Shown here piece after piece: positions 47,307 through 56,840 of a stretch of 64,000 nucleotides of DNA. Within the stretch, counting starts at the first letter, position 1. Every line of letters starts with the position of its first letter. The stretch is from Sulfurimonas sp. (GTDB lineage: Bacteria; Campylobacterota; Campylobacteria; Campylobacterales; Sulfurimonadaceae). Made by a program: the position numbers and the translations under genes. The notes under the pieces were generated by a model. It ran no database searches and was not told where the DNA came from. It saw only the letters and a program-made list of their open reading frames with translations. The DNA lies in contig JBFHKA010000002.1 in assembly GCA_041595535.1 (NCBI GenBank), positions 20,263-84,262 of the forward strand. Reading direction: 5' to 3'.

Positions 47307-48325
47307 GCTGCCCTCGCATTTTTGAGTACAATTATAAAAATTGGAATCCCTATTATAGATGTGAGTATTCCTATTGGTATCTCGACACTCAAAGCAAGTC
47401 TTGACACAGAATCTGCTAGAAGTAAAAAAAGTGCACCTAAAATTGCAGAAAGCGGTATCAAAGTACGGTGTGAGGGTCCTATTGCCATACGTATAATGTG
47501 CGGTATAATAAGACCAATCCAACCAATAATACCTGCCATAACAACAGAGAGTGAACTTGCAATAGTCGCTAGAAGAATTGCTATAATTCTTACTGCTTTT
47601 ACATTGATACCAAGTGCTTTTGCCTCTTCATCTCCAAGACTTAAAATATCAAAATATTTGCTCATTAAAATCATAGTAGCAATACTTAGAATCATAGGTA
47701 TACTAATAAGTAAAACGCCATTTAACTCAGCCATAGAGAGACTTCCCATCAACCAGTAAACAATTGCAGGAAGTGTGCTGTATGGATCTGCCACATATTT
47801 TATAATAGATAAAAAAGATGTAAAAAGCGAACCACTAATAACGCCACCAAGGACAAGCATCACACTCGAACGAGAGTTTGTAACCATAGAACCGATAGCA
47901 ACAGAGAGTGCAACTGCAATAAAACCAAAACTAAAAGCTAAGATTTGTACTACAAACCACTGCTCACTTATAAGCATTCCAAGTGCAGCTCCAAAAGAAG
48001 CCCCAGCCAAAACACCTAAAATACCCGGAGATACAAGTGGATTTACAAACATTGCTTGAAATACAGCTCCAGAAGTAGCCAAAGAAGCTCCAATTAATAT
48101 CGCCAACAAAACTCTAGGAAGACGAATCTCTAAGATGATATTGTCTAAGAGATCAAACTGAGATACATCTCCAGCTGTACTCCCTAAAATCTTATACTCT
48201 ATATAATTCATAAATGTACTAAAGTCTATGGGGTATTGCCCCCATAAAAGCGATAGAGTTGCAAAAATGAGTAAGATGAGAAAGGAAATACCTATCCATC
48301 TGCTACTACTACTTATATATTGCAT
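47297..48325 (-). CDS. FecCD/BtuC family ABC permease
   Basis: IRLPRVLLA, QAMFVNPLVSPGILGVLAGA, LSLGDEEAKALG, IGWIGLIIPHI, EIPIGILTS. Confidence 0.96.
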   Translation of the reverse strand: MQYISSSSRWIGISFLILLIFATLSLLWGQYPIDFSTFMNYIEYKILGSTAGDVSQFDLLDNIILEIRLPRVLLAILIGASLATSGAVFQAMFVNPLVSPGILGVLAGASFGAALGMLISEQWFVVQILAFSFGFIAVALSVAIGSMVTNSRSSVMLVLGGVISGSLFTSFLSIIKYVADPYSTLPAIVYWLMGSLSMAELNGVLLISIPMILSIATMILMSKYFDILSLGDEEAKALGINVKAVRIIAILLATIASSLSVVMAGIIGWIGLIIPHIIRMAIGPSHRTLIPLSAILGALFLLLADSVSRLALSVEIPIGILTSIIGIPIFIIVLKNARAAWN

Positions 48326-48333
48326 CTTTTACC

Positions 48334-50568
48334 TTAGTACTTTAAATTTAGACTTGCATATACACCAAATGGGGCACCTGTTTGGTACGTACTTGAAGTT
48401 CCATTTGCTGCGAGTGCATTATCTGCTGAGATAATAGTTGCTATGTATTTTTCGTTTGTTAAGTTTGTAGCTGTCACCCTAAAGAGTGAATCTTTTGAAC
48501 CAAAAAACGTTTTTAATTTATACGAGACGTCTAAATCTACTAAAGTATATGCATCTATTTTCTGTGTATTTGCAACATCCCCATATCTACTTGAGCTATA
48601 TCTAGTACTCGGCGTAAATGTCCATCTATCTACATAGTATGAGAGTGCCCCTTTTGCCATAAACTCTGGTGCATCAGGAAGCTGATTTCCTTTTATGGAT
48701 GTAGAGCTTGTTGGTGAAGACTTAAAGTCTTGTGTAAAACTATACTTGTTGTAAGAGAGTCCTAAAAGAAATTCTAAACTTTCAGTTATAGCTCCATTTG
48801 CTGCAAACTCTGCTCCATATCCTAAAGCTTCTCCAACATTCGCTGGATAATTCACACCATACGTTGGGTCATAAATATTTGCTTGTTTATTATTTACAAA
48901 TGATACAAAGAAACTTGGATTGAGTGTAATCGCACCTACATCTGTTTTAAATCCTAAATCAATATTATCGGATGTTTCAAGCTCTAATTCATCCCATAAA
49001 GTTTGAAGCTTAACACCTTTAGCTACAAAGGCTGCTCTGTTTGAAGCATACGTTGGAAAGAGATTTACATCAAATCCATACGTACGAGAGTAATCTAAGT
49101 AGATAGAAGAACTTGTATCTAAATCATACGCTAAGTACAAAGAAGGTAAAAAAGTATTAAAAGTTCTTGCGTCTACACTTGCCCAGCTGTCTAGTGTTGA
49201 AGTTGCTATTGCAACATCATGATCTTGACTTGTTGCAGCAGTTGTACCTATGTAGCTTTTAATAGATCCAATAGTAAAGGTTTGGTACTGTAATCCTGCA
49301 GCATAGTGAAAACTGCTCATATCACCACTAAGTTCCACAAAAGGAGCCTGCAATACATGATAATCTGTATCTGCTAAAATTCCATATCCTGCGTATTGTA
49401 AATTTCCACTTGCATTTACTTTGTATTTTTTTTGATCATTTGGAGGTCCAGGAGGGAGTTGTTTATGGTACCAGTACCCGATTTTACTTTTTAACTCTTG
49501 TGAAAATGTATGTTCATACGCTGCCACACCACCATATAAATCATGTTCCATATGCCAATTTATGACAACATTTTTTGCAGTATTAGAGAACCAATAATCC
49601 CCTTCATCTTTTTTATAGTAAGGCTTTAACGTGACTGTATCGTTTGAAGTAGGTTTAAAGGCTATGTCAGCCATAAACGCTGTAGTGTCAAAATTTTGTT
49701 TGTTCCAATCATAGTAGTTTGTGTCATTTGCACTTGTAGGTTTTGTTGATGCATAATCTTTATCAAAATATCTTCCAAGGTCTGTAGCTTCTGCATAACT
49801 CAAACTTGCATAGTTATGGTGCTTGTCTTTATTTCTTACTGCATAGATGTCTGCTTTAAAACTATTGTTAGGTTCATAAGAGAGTCCAACCATTCCATTT
49901 GCTCTTTTAAGATCTCCCTCGCCTTTTGTTTTATCACTCTGAATGTATGAGAGAGAACCAAAAGCACTAAAATCACTAACTTTTCCACTATCAACACGTA
50001 CAAATGTTTTTCTAAATGCATCACTACCAACAGACTGAGAGATATTTATGCCAAGTTTTTTCTTTGGTTTTAAAACATTCATATCGATTTTTCCAATTAA
50101 ACTTGAAAAACCTAAGTTTTTATCGACACCTATGTACCCTTTATGTAAATCAATAGAAGCGACATTTTCCATATCAAGCATCTGTTTTCCACCACCAGGA
50201 TTACTTGATATTGGCATACCATTTATCATGTACACTCCACCAGGACCAGACTGACTTTTTCCACGAATACGTATTGGGTCATGGTACGAAGGTTCATTAG
50301 AACCAGCCTGATCGACTGGAGTAAAATTCACCGATGGTGAAAACTGAATAACCGTATACGGGTTCATATTTGCCTGTGTACTTAGTGTAGCTATACTCTT
50401 TTGTGTATAACTTTGGCTATTTTGTTTTGCGGATGTGTTGCTATCACTTACTAGCATCTGTCCATCATCTTGCATAGTTGAATTGACTACGATTTTTTCT
50501 ACACTCAGTGGTGTAGCCATCAGTGCAGTTGCTGCGACTAAAGATAACATTGTAAACGTAACTCTCAT
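48334..50568 (-). CDS. TonB-dependent receptor
   Basis: VEKIVV box; plug IRIRG...YMINGMPIS; GNQLPDAP; ATNLTNEKY; C-terminal SLNLKY. Confidence 0.93.
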   Translation of the reverse strand: MRVTFTMLSLVAATALMATPLSVEKIVVNSTMQDDGQMLVSDSNTSAKQNSQSYTQKSIATLSTQANMNPYTVIQFSPSVNFTPVDQAGSNEPSYHDPIRIRGKSQSGPGGVYMINGMPISSNPGGGKQMLDMENVASIDLHKGYIGVDKNLGFSSLIGKIDMNVLKPKKKLGINISQSVGSDAFRKTFVRVDSGKVSDFSAFGSLSYIQSDKTKGEGDLKRANGMVGLSYEPNNSFKADIYAVRNKDKHHNYASLSYAEATDLGRYFDKDYASTKPTSANDTNYYDWNKQNFDTTAFMADIAFKPTSNDTVTLKPYYKKDEGDYWFSNTAKNVVINWHMEHDLYGGVAAYEHTFSQELKSKIGYWYHKQLPPGPPNDQKKYKVNASGNLQYAGYGILADTDYHVLQAPFVELSGDMSSFHYAAGLQYQTFTIGSIKSYIGTTAATSQDHDVAIATSTLDSWASVDARTFNTFLPSLYLAYDLDTSSSIYLDYSRTYGFDVNLFPTYASNRAAFVAKGVKLQTLWDELELETSDNIDLGFKTDVGAITLNPSFFVSFVNNKQANIYDPTYGVNYPANVGEALGYGAEFAANGAITESLEFLLGLSYNKYSFTQDFKSSPTSSTSIKGNQLPDAPEFMAKGALSYYVDRWTFTPSTRYSSSRYGDVANTQKIDAYTLVDLDVSYKLKTFFGSKDSLFRVTATNLTNEKYIATIISADNALAANGTSSTYQTGAPFGVYASLNLKY

Positions 50569-51587
50569 TACTCATCTCCTAAAATTGTTTTAACTTGCTT
50601 GTCTGTTATTTTTACATTAAAAAAGAGTGCATAAAACTCTTTTATCTGTTTGTTCAGGTCTATTTTGTACTCATTTGGATGAAAGATATTTGCTAACCAT
50701 TGAATCCCAATAATTCTCATAAAAGATGGTGGTCTATCAATCCAGTTAAAGGGTGCATTGGGTACAAGATATACTTTTTTGTTTTTTACTGCACGTAGAT
50801 GGGCAAAAAGGTCATCATAAAGAATCTGATTGTATGTAAAACTATTTTGAGCAATGATGACATCTGGGTCATACGTCAAAAGCGTTTCAAAGTTAATCTT
50901 CTCTAAACCTAGAAGCTGACTCTGTTGGCACTTATGTACGTTCTCGCCACCTGCAAAATTGAGTGCTTCGATGTGAAAAGATTGGTCACACTCTGTAGAT
51001 AAACCATCAACGCCTTCTGCGTAGTAGTAACGTACAGGCTTTGTTTTTGCGAGAGATATTTGTATCTCTTCTATGATATTTTTAGCATAAGAAGACAAAA
51101 GTAAACCTCTTCCATGCTCATTCATAGCATTTGCCGCAACACTAATTGCTTTTGGCATATCTTCTATTTTTCTAAAAGGAATGGAAAGTGTTGGCAAGTG
51201 TGTTTTTTGTATAGATTTATTTACAGTAGCCATCATCATGTCATCTTCCCAAACAAAAATTAAGTCTGGTTTTTTTGCCATAAGGATTTCAAGATTTATA
51301 TTTTTTCCTCCCCCATGAAAAGAGCCAATAACGGGAAGTGAAAGAAATCGTTTATCCAAAAACTCTGGGGTTGCAAAATTATTACTATTTTTTGCACTAA
51401 AGTTTAAACCAATAAGTTTATCTGGATTGATTGCATATATAAGATACGTCATTGGTGGGGAAGAACCAAAGACAGTCTCAACTTTATCAGGCACAGTGAC
51501 CTCATCTGCATAAAAATTCTGGATGCTTCTTGCATCAAGATTGCTTAGGAGGACGAATATGACAAGTAAATGAAGTAAAAAATTCAT
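50568..51587 (-). CDS. ABC transporter periplasmic binding protein (class III)
   Basis: INLEILMAKKPDLI, NFETLLTYDPDVI, AVKNKKVY, IDRPPS. Confidence 0.92.
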   Translation of the reverse strand: MNFLLHLLVIFVLLSNLDARSIQNFYADEVTVPDKVETVFGSSPPMTYLIYAINPDKLIGLNFSAKNSNNFATPEFLDKRFLSLPVIGSFHGGGKNINLEILMAKKPDLIFVWEDDMMMATVNKSIQKTHLPTLSIPFRKIEDMPKAISVAANAMNEHGRGLLLSSYAKNIIEEIQISLAKTKPVRYYYAEGVDGLSTECDQSFHIEALNFAGGENVHKCQQSQLLGLEKINFETLLTYDPDVIIAQNSFTYNQILYDDLFAHLRAVKNKKVYLVPNAPFNWIDRPPSFMRIIGIQWLANIFHPNEYKIDLNKQIKEFYALFFNVKITDKQVKTILGDE

Positions 51588-51598
51588 TTTAAATTTCC

Positions 51599-52366
51599 TT
51601 AGGATTGTTGTAGTGAAAAAGAGATGGGAATCTTCAAATCAACTTTTTTACTCAATTGTGGGTACTCTCCATCTAGCAATGAAACTGTCTGAAGAGCTCT
51701 TTTATCTAGTGCAGAACTACCGCTACTCTCAAGTATACATACGCTCTCTACATGTCCATCTGCAGAGAGCGAGAATGAAATAAGTACAACACCCTCTAAT
51801 TTTAGTTTTCTAGCAATTGCTGGATAACGTAGTGAGTTTTGTATTAAGGTTCTTATGCGTGCTAATTCTTCATTACTTACCTCTGTGGTCCGTGTATGCG
51901 TCTGAGGTAAGTTAGAATCAGCCAAAGGAGAATTAACGCTAGGAGCTTCTGGTTGTGCAATTTCTTGTTGCGTAACGGGCTCTGCTTTTTGTATAGGAGG
52001 CGTAAACGCCTCAGAAGGAACAACAGGTTCTGGTTGCACTTTCTCAGGAGTCTTTTCTTTTGGTACTTCTTTTACTACTTTTTTTTGAGGTTTAACTACT
52101 TTTTTTGTTTTCTTTACTTTTTTTACAGGTTTTGGAGTAGGTTTGGTAGGCTCTTTGAGCGCTTGCATTGTAGGTGCATAACTCGCTAAAGAGACAACTA
52201 TAGTTTTACTCTCTTGTGGCATATGAACAAACTCATTACTTGCATAATGAATGAGCGTTGCAAAAAGAGCAGCGTGAATAAAAAGAGAGGCAAAAAATGC
52301 CTTTGTTTTCAAAAAAGAGTCACTGTGTATCTTTTTAGATACAACGATACTACCTAAAGAATTCAT
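51599..52366 (-). CDS. tonB: Energy transducer TonB
   Basis: TM SLFIHAAL (SxxxH), Lys/Pro-rich linker, YPAIARKLKLEGVVLISF, SSGSSALDKRAL; start ATG52366 6 nt after GAGGGG. Confidence 0.92.
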   Translation of the reverse strand: MNSLGSIVVSKKIHSDSFLKTKAFFASLFIHAALFATLIHYASNEFVHMPQESKTIVVSLASYAPTMQALKEPTKPTPKPVKKVKKTKKVVKPQKKVVKEVPKEKTPEKVQPEPVVPSEAFTPPIQKAEPVTQQEIAQPEAPSVNSPLADSNLPQTHTRTTEVSNEELARIRTLIQNSLRYPAIARKLKLEGVVLISFSLSADGHVESVCILESSGSSALDKRALQTVSLLDGEYPQLSKKVDLKIPISFSLQQS

Positions 52367-52402
52367 CTTCACCCCTCAAAATTTCTACTTTTAAGCAAAA
52401 GT

Positions 52403-52600
52403 TTCATTATATCTTTTAAAACATAATGAATTTCACTTTGATGTGCAATATCTATTCTTAGCCATATAGATAAATATAGACATTTATGTCATACATTTAT
52501 GCTACTTACACTTACAAATTTGTAGCATTATGTTTTAAAAACATAACGAATAGTAGGGAAATTATACTTAAATCTCTATTTAAAGAGACGATTACTTAAT
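52403..52600. promoter_or_regulatory. Promoter region of the tonB operon with several palindromes
   Basis: Minus-strand TATAAT at 52561-52566 and 52406-52411; TTCATTAT-N12-ATAATGAA (52403-52430); TTATG-T-CATAC (52484-52494); ATGCTAC-N16-GTAGCAT (52499-52528); TTATGTTTT-A-AAAACATAA (52528-52546). Confidence 0.6.
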
Positions 52601-55091
52601 GAATACTAAAATCTTTTACATAGACAAAACCAACGCCCTGCCCTGTTTCATGTGTGTCTACATCAAAGCGAACAGATTTGCTTATACTATATTGAAGTAC
52701 TACGCTTGAGGTTGTGTCACTCTTATAAACTACTCGCATATTTTTATTGAAACGAGCACCTACTTCATAGCCTAGAGTTCCATCTTGATTGTTCAATATA
52801 TTGAGTGTGTCAATATTAACACCTGAAGTATCGCTAAACATTTGACTGAGTCCAGTTCCTAGTAAGAGTGCATTTACTGACGTTTTATTACTACTCCCAT
52901 CAAAAACAGAGTTGGCTCTCTCTCCAAAGAGTATGTAAGACATGATGTCATTTTGACTCATTGCTGGATTAGAAGAGAAGATGACGATTGGCTCGGTAAG
53001 TGTATGTGTTATAAATATCTCTATATCTATATAATCAAGTGTATAATAGTGCAGATGTATGTTGAGCTTTGGATTTAGCTCCTCTGCTCCATCAAAAATA
53101 ACATAACTTTTATCGACTTTAAACTCTTTACCAGCGCTGCTGAGTGTTCCTTCTAAGATAGTAACATCTCCAAAAATTCGCAAGCTCTCTCCCGGTTTTT
53201 CTACAACTCTTAAATCTGGGACAAACTCTATATCTGCCTCTTTTGTTTTGTAGTGGATTGGTTTTTTAGCTTTTATTTTTATATCTACAAAGCGTTTAGA
53301 ATTCTCTTTTTTCTTTTTATCTTGAAGTATAATGATGTCTTTATCGCTGATTTTATAATCGTTACGTGCGCTATACGATGTCACTCCATTTAAGAGCAGT
53401 ATCTCTCCTTGTATGTTTTGTGTAGCGTTTGCATCTACAAGAAGATGTAAATCAGCTTTTACGCTTATATTTATATCTTCCGCTACATAATCAAACTTCT
53501 CACTTTGCAGAGTCACATCTACACTTTTGTCTGCCGTTTTCACCTTACCTTTTACGAGTAGGTTGTCATATATCCAAAACTCATCGAAGATTATGGAGTT
53601 GTTTTCATCAAGTGAGAGTAAAGATTCCCTCTCTGAGTAGATTTTTTGCTCCATATATTCTGCACTATATCTTTTTACTTTGATTTTTTTATCTGTGTAC
53701 ACGACACTCATAGAAATATCTTTTATTACTTCTGTATTTTGCGAATCTGTTTTTATAGATACCCAAGGAACTGAAATACTATTTTCAATCTCCTCTGCAC
53801 TCTCAAAAAGAAGCGTTGTGTTTATATCTACACGCTCATATTTAAACTCTTTTAGCAGTTTTTTGCCTGGGCTTATGTGTGTTTGTAGAGCGAGCTTTTT
53901 ATCATCTATTTTATAAGCTGTTTTGAGTGTTACATGCGTATTATCTACAAGGAGTTTTCCCTCCACATTTAAGGCATTAGAGGTATCAAGTGTTGCGCTT
54001 GCATTGAGAGAGAGATTTTGTTCTTGTATCTCTTTTGGAAGCTCTTTTAAAAATGAAAGATTCATATCTTTACCTCTCAGATTGAGCGCGTATTTTTTAT
54101 AATCTTTTGTTGTTACGTGCAAGTTTATTTTGCCCGCATCTACATCTGTGACGAGACTTTTAGTATCTCCTGTAGTTGTTACGTGCATAGTATGAAATGG
54201 CAAAGGTATCGGAGTTTGTGCAAGTGTTGCATTAAGCTCTGATGTAAAGTTTTCATCATTTTTATAGTGAAGTTTTTGTGCAATCTTTACTTTATAATCT
54301 GGATATATAAAGTCGCACGTAACATAACTATTTAACTCTTTTTGCGCAATAGCATACTCCAGCTCTAGGGCTATATCTTTAAATTTCGCATTGGATGCTA
54401 CACGCAAATTTTCTACATCTATTTTTGCGAGAACTTTTTGCTCTGTAGCATCTAGGTAGAGTTTAAAGTTTAAAGGAGAATCAGCTAAAAATCCAAGATA
54501 TTTCTCTTGTATACTTTGGCTTGGTTTGAGGCTTACCTCGCCCATTATTTTGTTAGAGAGGACTTTTGCATTGAGTGTTACGTGCGCATAAGAAGTGTTT
54601 AAATCTAAGAGCAGTTTTTCAATATCTACTTGCTTGTCATAGTGAAGATTTTTGGCTTTAAAATCAAAAGAGACTTCCTCTTTATCAAAAATGATTTTTG
54701 TGTTTTTAAGCTCTATATTTTTTATTATAAAAGCGATGGCGGATGAGGAGCTACTATTTGTATCTGAGCTAGGTAATTTGTTGAGATTTAGCTCTAGTGC
54801 ATCTACTGTAATCTTAGAAATTTTTGGTGTTGTTTGCAACAGATAGAGAAAGTTATAATTGACACGTAAGGATTTTAGTTTTACAAATTCTCCATACTTT
54901 ACATCTTCTATAGTTATGTGATTGAATATACTTCCCTCTACGTGACTATACTCTACTCCAAACTCTTTGAGATATTTTTCTGCAAAATAGGGAACAAAGT
55001 AACTGTTTGTGAGTATCAAAAAAGCAAGAACTACAAGAGCAATAGCACCTACTACAGTTGAGTGAAAAAATAGGTAGAGTCTCTTTATCAA
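52596..55091 (-). CDS. tamB: Translocation and assembly module TamB-like protein
   Basis: N-terminal anchor, beta-rich body, C-terminal FSSNPAMSQNDIMSYILFG; ATGA overlap with tamA. Confidence 0.8.
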   Translation of the reverse strand: MIKRLYLFFHSTVVGAIALVVLAFLILTNSYFVPYFAEKYLKEFGVEYSHVEGSIFNHITIEDVKYGEFVKLKSLRVNYNFLYLLQTTPKISKITVDALELNLNKLPSSDTNSSSSSAIAFIIKNIELKNTKIIFDKEEVSFDFKAKNLHYDKQVDIEKLLLDLNTSYAHVTLNAKVLSNKIMGEVSLKPSQSIQEKYLGFLADSPLNFKLYLDATEQKVLAKIDVENLRVASNAKFKDIALELEYAIAQKELNSYVTCDFIYPDYKVKIAQKLHYKNDENFTSELNATLAQTPIPLPFHTMHVTTTGDTKSLVTDVDAGKINLHVTTKDYKKYALNLRGKDMNLSFLKELPKEIQEQNLSLNASATLDTSNALNVEGKLLVDNTHVTLKTAYKIDDKKLALQTHISPGKKLLKEFKYERVDINTTLLFESAEEIENSISVPWVSIKTDSQNTEVIKDISMSVVYTDKKIKVKRYSAEYMEQKIYSERESLLSLDENNSIIFDEFWIYDNLLVKGKVKTADKSVDVTLQSEKFDYVAEDINISVKADLHLLVDANATQNIQGEILLLNGVTSYSARNDYKISDKDIIILQDKKKKENSKRFVDIKIKAKKPIHYKTKEADIEFVPDLRVVEKPGESLRIFGDVTILEGTLSSAGKEFKVDKSYVIFDGAEELNPKLNIHLHYYTLDYIDIEIFITHTLTEPIVIFSSNPAMSQNDIMSYILFGERANSVFDGSSNKTSVNALLLGTGLSQMFSDTSGVNIDTLNILNNQDGTLGYEVGARFNKNMRVVYKSDTTSSVVLQYSISKSVRFDVDTHETGQGVGFVYVKDFSIH

Positions 55092-56785
55092 AACAGCTCT
55101 CCTATATGAAAGTTGAGTGCATACTGTTTAGTAGGATTTGCCAAATCAAATCCAATATCTAAAGATATAGGTCCAATGGGCGTAGTATAACGCAGACCAA
55201 AACCTACACTGTAGTAGAAATTGTCTGTATCTGGAAGATAGCTCTCTCCTATGGCAGTGTTGTCACTAAAGAGGACACCTCTTACTTTGGAATATATAGG
55301 AAAACGATACTCCAGAGTCACTTCAAGTAAGGCATCAAAACCAGTAGGATTTCCCTTCGTGTCTTTTGGACCTAAGTCTCTGTATGTATAGGCACGATTG
55401 CTATAGGTTCCTCCTGCAAAGAAACGATACGAGGGTGGAACTTTTCCATCATAAAGGTTTAAACTTCCCAAACTTGCCTTTGTTGCAAGAAAGTGTGTTC
55501 CTATAAGAGGCAAGATGTACCCACCTGAGAGTGTAAACTTTGAGTACGAGGCATCCGAGATGTCACTTAAGAGAGAACCCATAATATCTGCATTTATAAA
55601 GTATCCATTTGTTGGGTTTAGAATATCGTTACGTGTGTCATATCCCCAAGCAAGTTTAGGCGAGAGAATAAAGAGATTTCCCTCTGGAAATAGAGTCACA
55701 TCTTCACTCTCATACGTGTAAGTATTATCAAAAATAAGACTCTCTTTAAAGCTATGAGGTATAGCTCTTTGCGCTAAAAAAAGAGTTCCTGAGGTACTAA
55801 GCTCTTTAAAACCGACATAGTTCTCATTTTTTAGTGCTACTTCAGCGCCAAAAGTTTCTCTACCTTTAAGTGGCATAGAGTAGTTTACTTTTAGAATTTG
55901 ATAAATCTCTGTGAGCTTTGTACTCATACCTAGAGTTTTTAGATTGCCAAAGAAGTTTCTATCTTCAACCCCAAGAGAACCTATAATCCCTTGATCAGTA
56001 CTATAACCAAGACCTGTCTCAAAACGTATTGGGTTTTCATTTTCACTTATAGTTACATTAACATCTATCTTTGCACTACCATTTATCTCGGTGTTTATAA
56101 GTGCAGAGGAGATGCCAGGGTGTTCATAGATGTATTTGTAACTCTTACTTATGTTTTGAGAGGAATAAGGCTCATTCTCTTTTATATATAGAAAAGACCT
56201 TATGATATCTGCATCAATGGTTTTTGATGGAGTTATATCTATAGTTCCAAAGTAACAGACTTCATTTGGAACTATTTTATAGCGTAGCGTTGCACGATTT
56301 AGCTCTATATCAACATAGGCTTTTGCGTCAACTTTTACGTTACAGTAACTATGTTGTACATAAAAAAACTTGATGTCTTGTTTGCTTTGTGTAAATAGCT
56401 CAGCATCAAAAAGTGCACCTTTTTCAAAGGGCAACGCATCTTCTAAAGGCAACAAAGAATCTATCTCTATCGCAGTGATGACAACAGGAGCATTTTCTTT
56501 TATGTGAAGGGTAAATTTTTCCTCTTCATACGATGCGTTGACCTCTGCATGGTAAAAACCTTTGTATCTGTAGTAGTTTGTAATTGTTTGTTCTACAAGA
56601 GGAAGAATTTTTTTATTTACTGCAGGAGCTTTTTTGTTGAGTTCGTAAAAAGATGCTTCTGAAAGATTTAGAGCGCTATAAAGCTCTTTTGTACTAAGGG
56701 CATCATTCCCTTCAAATACAAGAGGAATATCTTCTGCCTGCAATAACAATGATAAAAAAGCAAACATTACTAAGACTATTTTCAT
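55088..56785 (-). CDS. tamA: Omp85 family outer membrane protein TamA
   Basis: POTRA repeats (YYRYKGFY), RFFAGGTYSNRAY, GFGLRYTTPIGPISLDIG, C-terminal IGELF. Confidence 0.88.
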   Translation of the reverse strand: MKIVLVMFAFLSLLLQAEDIPLVFEGNDALSTKELYSALNLSEASFYELNKKAPAVNKKILPLVEQTITNYYRYKGFYHAEVNASYEEEKFTLHIKENAPVVITAIEIDSLLPLEDALPFEKGALFDAELFTQSKQDIKFFYVQHSYCNVKVDAKAYVDIELNRATLRYKIVPNEVCYFGTIDITPSKTIDADIIRSFLYIKENEPYSSQNISKSYKYIYEHPGISSALINTEINGSAKIDVNVTISENENPIRFETGLGYSTDQGIIGSLGVEDRNFFGNLKTLGMSTKLTEIYQILKVNYSMPLKGRETFGAEVALKNENYVGFKELSTSGTLFLAQRAIPHSFKESLIFDNTYTYESEDVTLFPEGNLFILSPKLAWGYDTRNDILNPTNGYFINADIMGSLLSDISDASYSKFTLSGGYILPLIGTHFLATKASLGSLNLYDGKVPPSYRFFAGGTYSNRAYTYRDLGPKDTKGNPTGFDALLEVTLEYRFPIYSKVRGVLFSDNTAIGESYLPDTDNFYYSVGFGLRYTTPIGPISLDIGFDLANPTKQYALNFHIGELF

Positions 56786-56840
56786 ATATTTTTGTACTCT
56801 TTATTAAGCTGTATAAGTATAGTATAGATAGGGTTAAGAA

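Noticed and set aside
47307-47522. N-terminal extension of the ABC ATPase
   Set aside because: It is an off-frame read of the permease; MELKPII at 47306 gives a normal-length ATPase with a 10-nt overlap.
51950-52150. Lys/Pro/Val low-complexity repeats
   Set aside because: Normal TonB periplasm-spanning linker.
35855-52366. Standard heme (chu/hmu) or cobalamin (btu) uptake locus
   Set aside because: No HemS/ChuZ/HutW-type heme enzymes, no B12 salvage genes and no cobalamin riboswitch; the substrate cannot be assigned from sequence alone.
52373-52595. Cobalamin or Moco riboswitch in the tonB leader
   Set aside because: Very AT-rich, lacking the GC-rich conserved cores (for example the B12 box); the palindromes look like DNA operators. 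An Infernal scan would settle it.
52596-56785. tamAB as a dedicated assembly module for the adjacent TonB receptors
   Set aside because: tamAB is a conserved housekeeping pair with its own upstream region; adjacency alone is not evidence.
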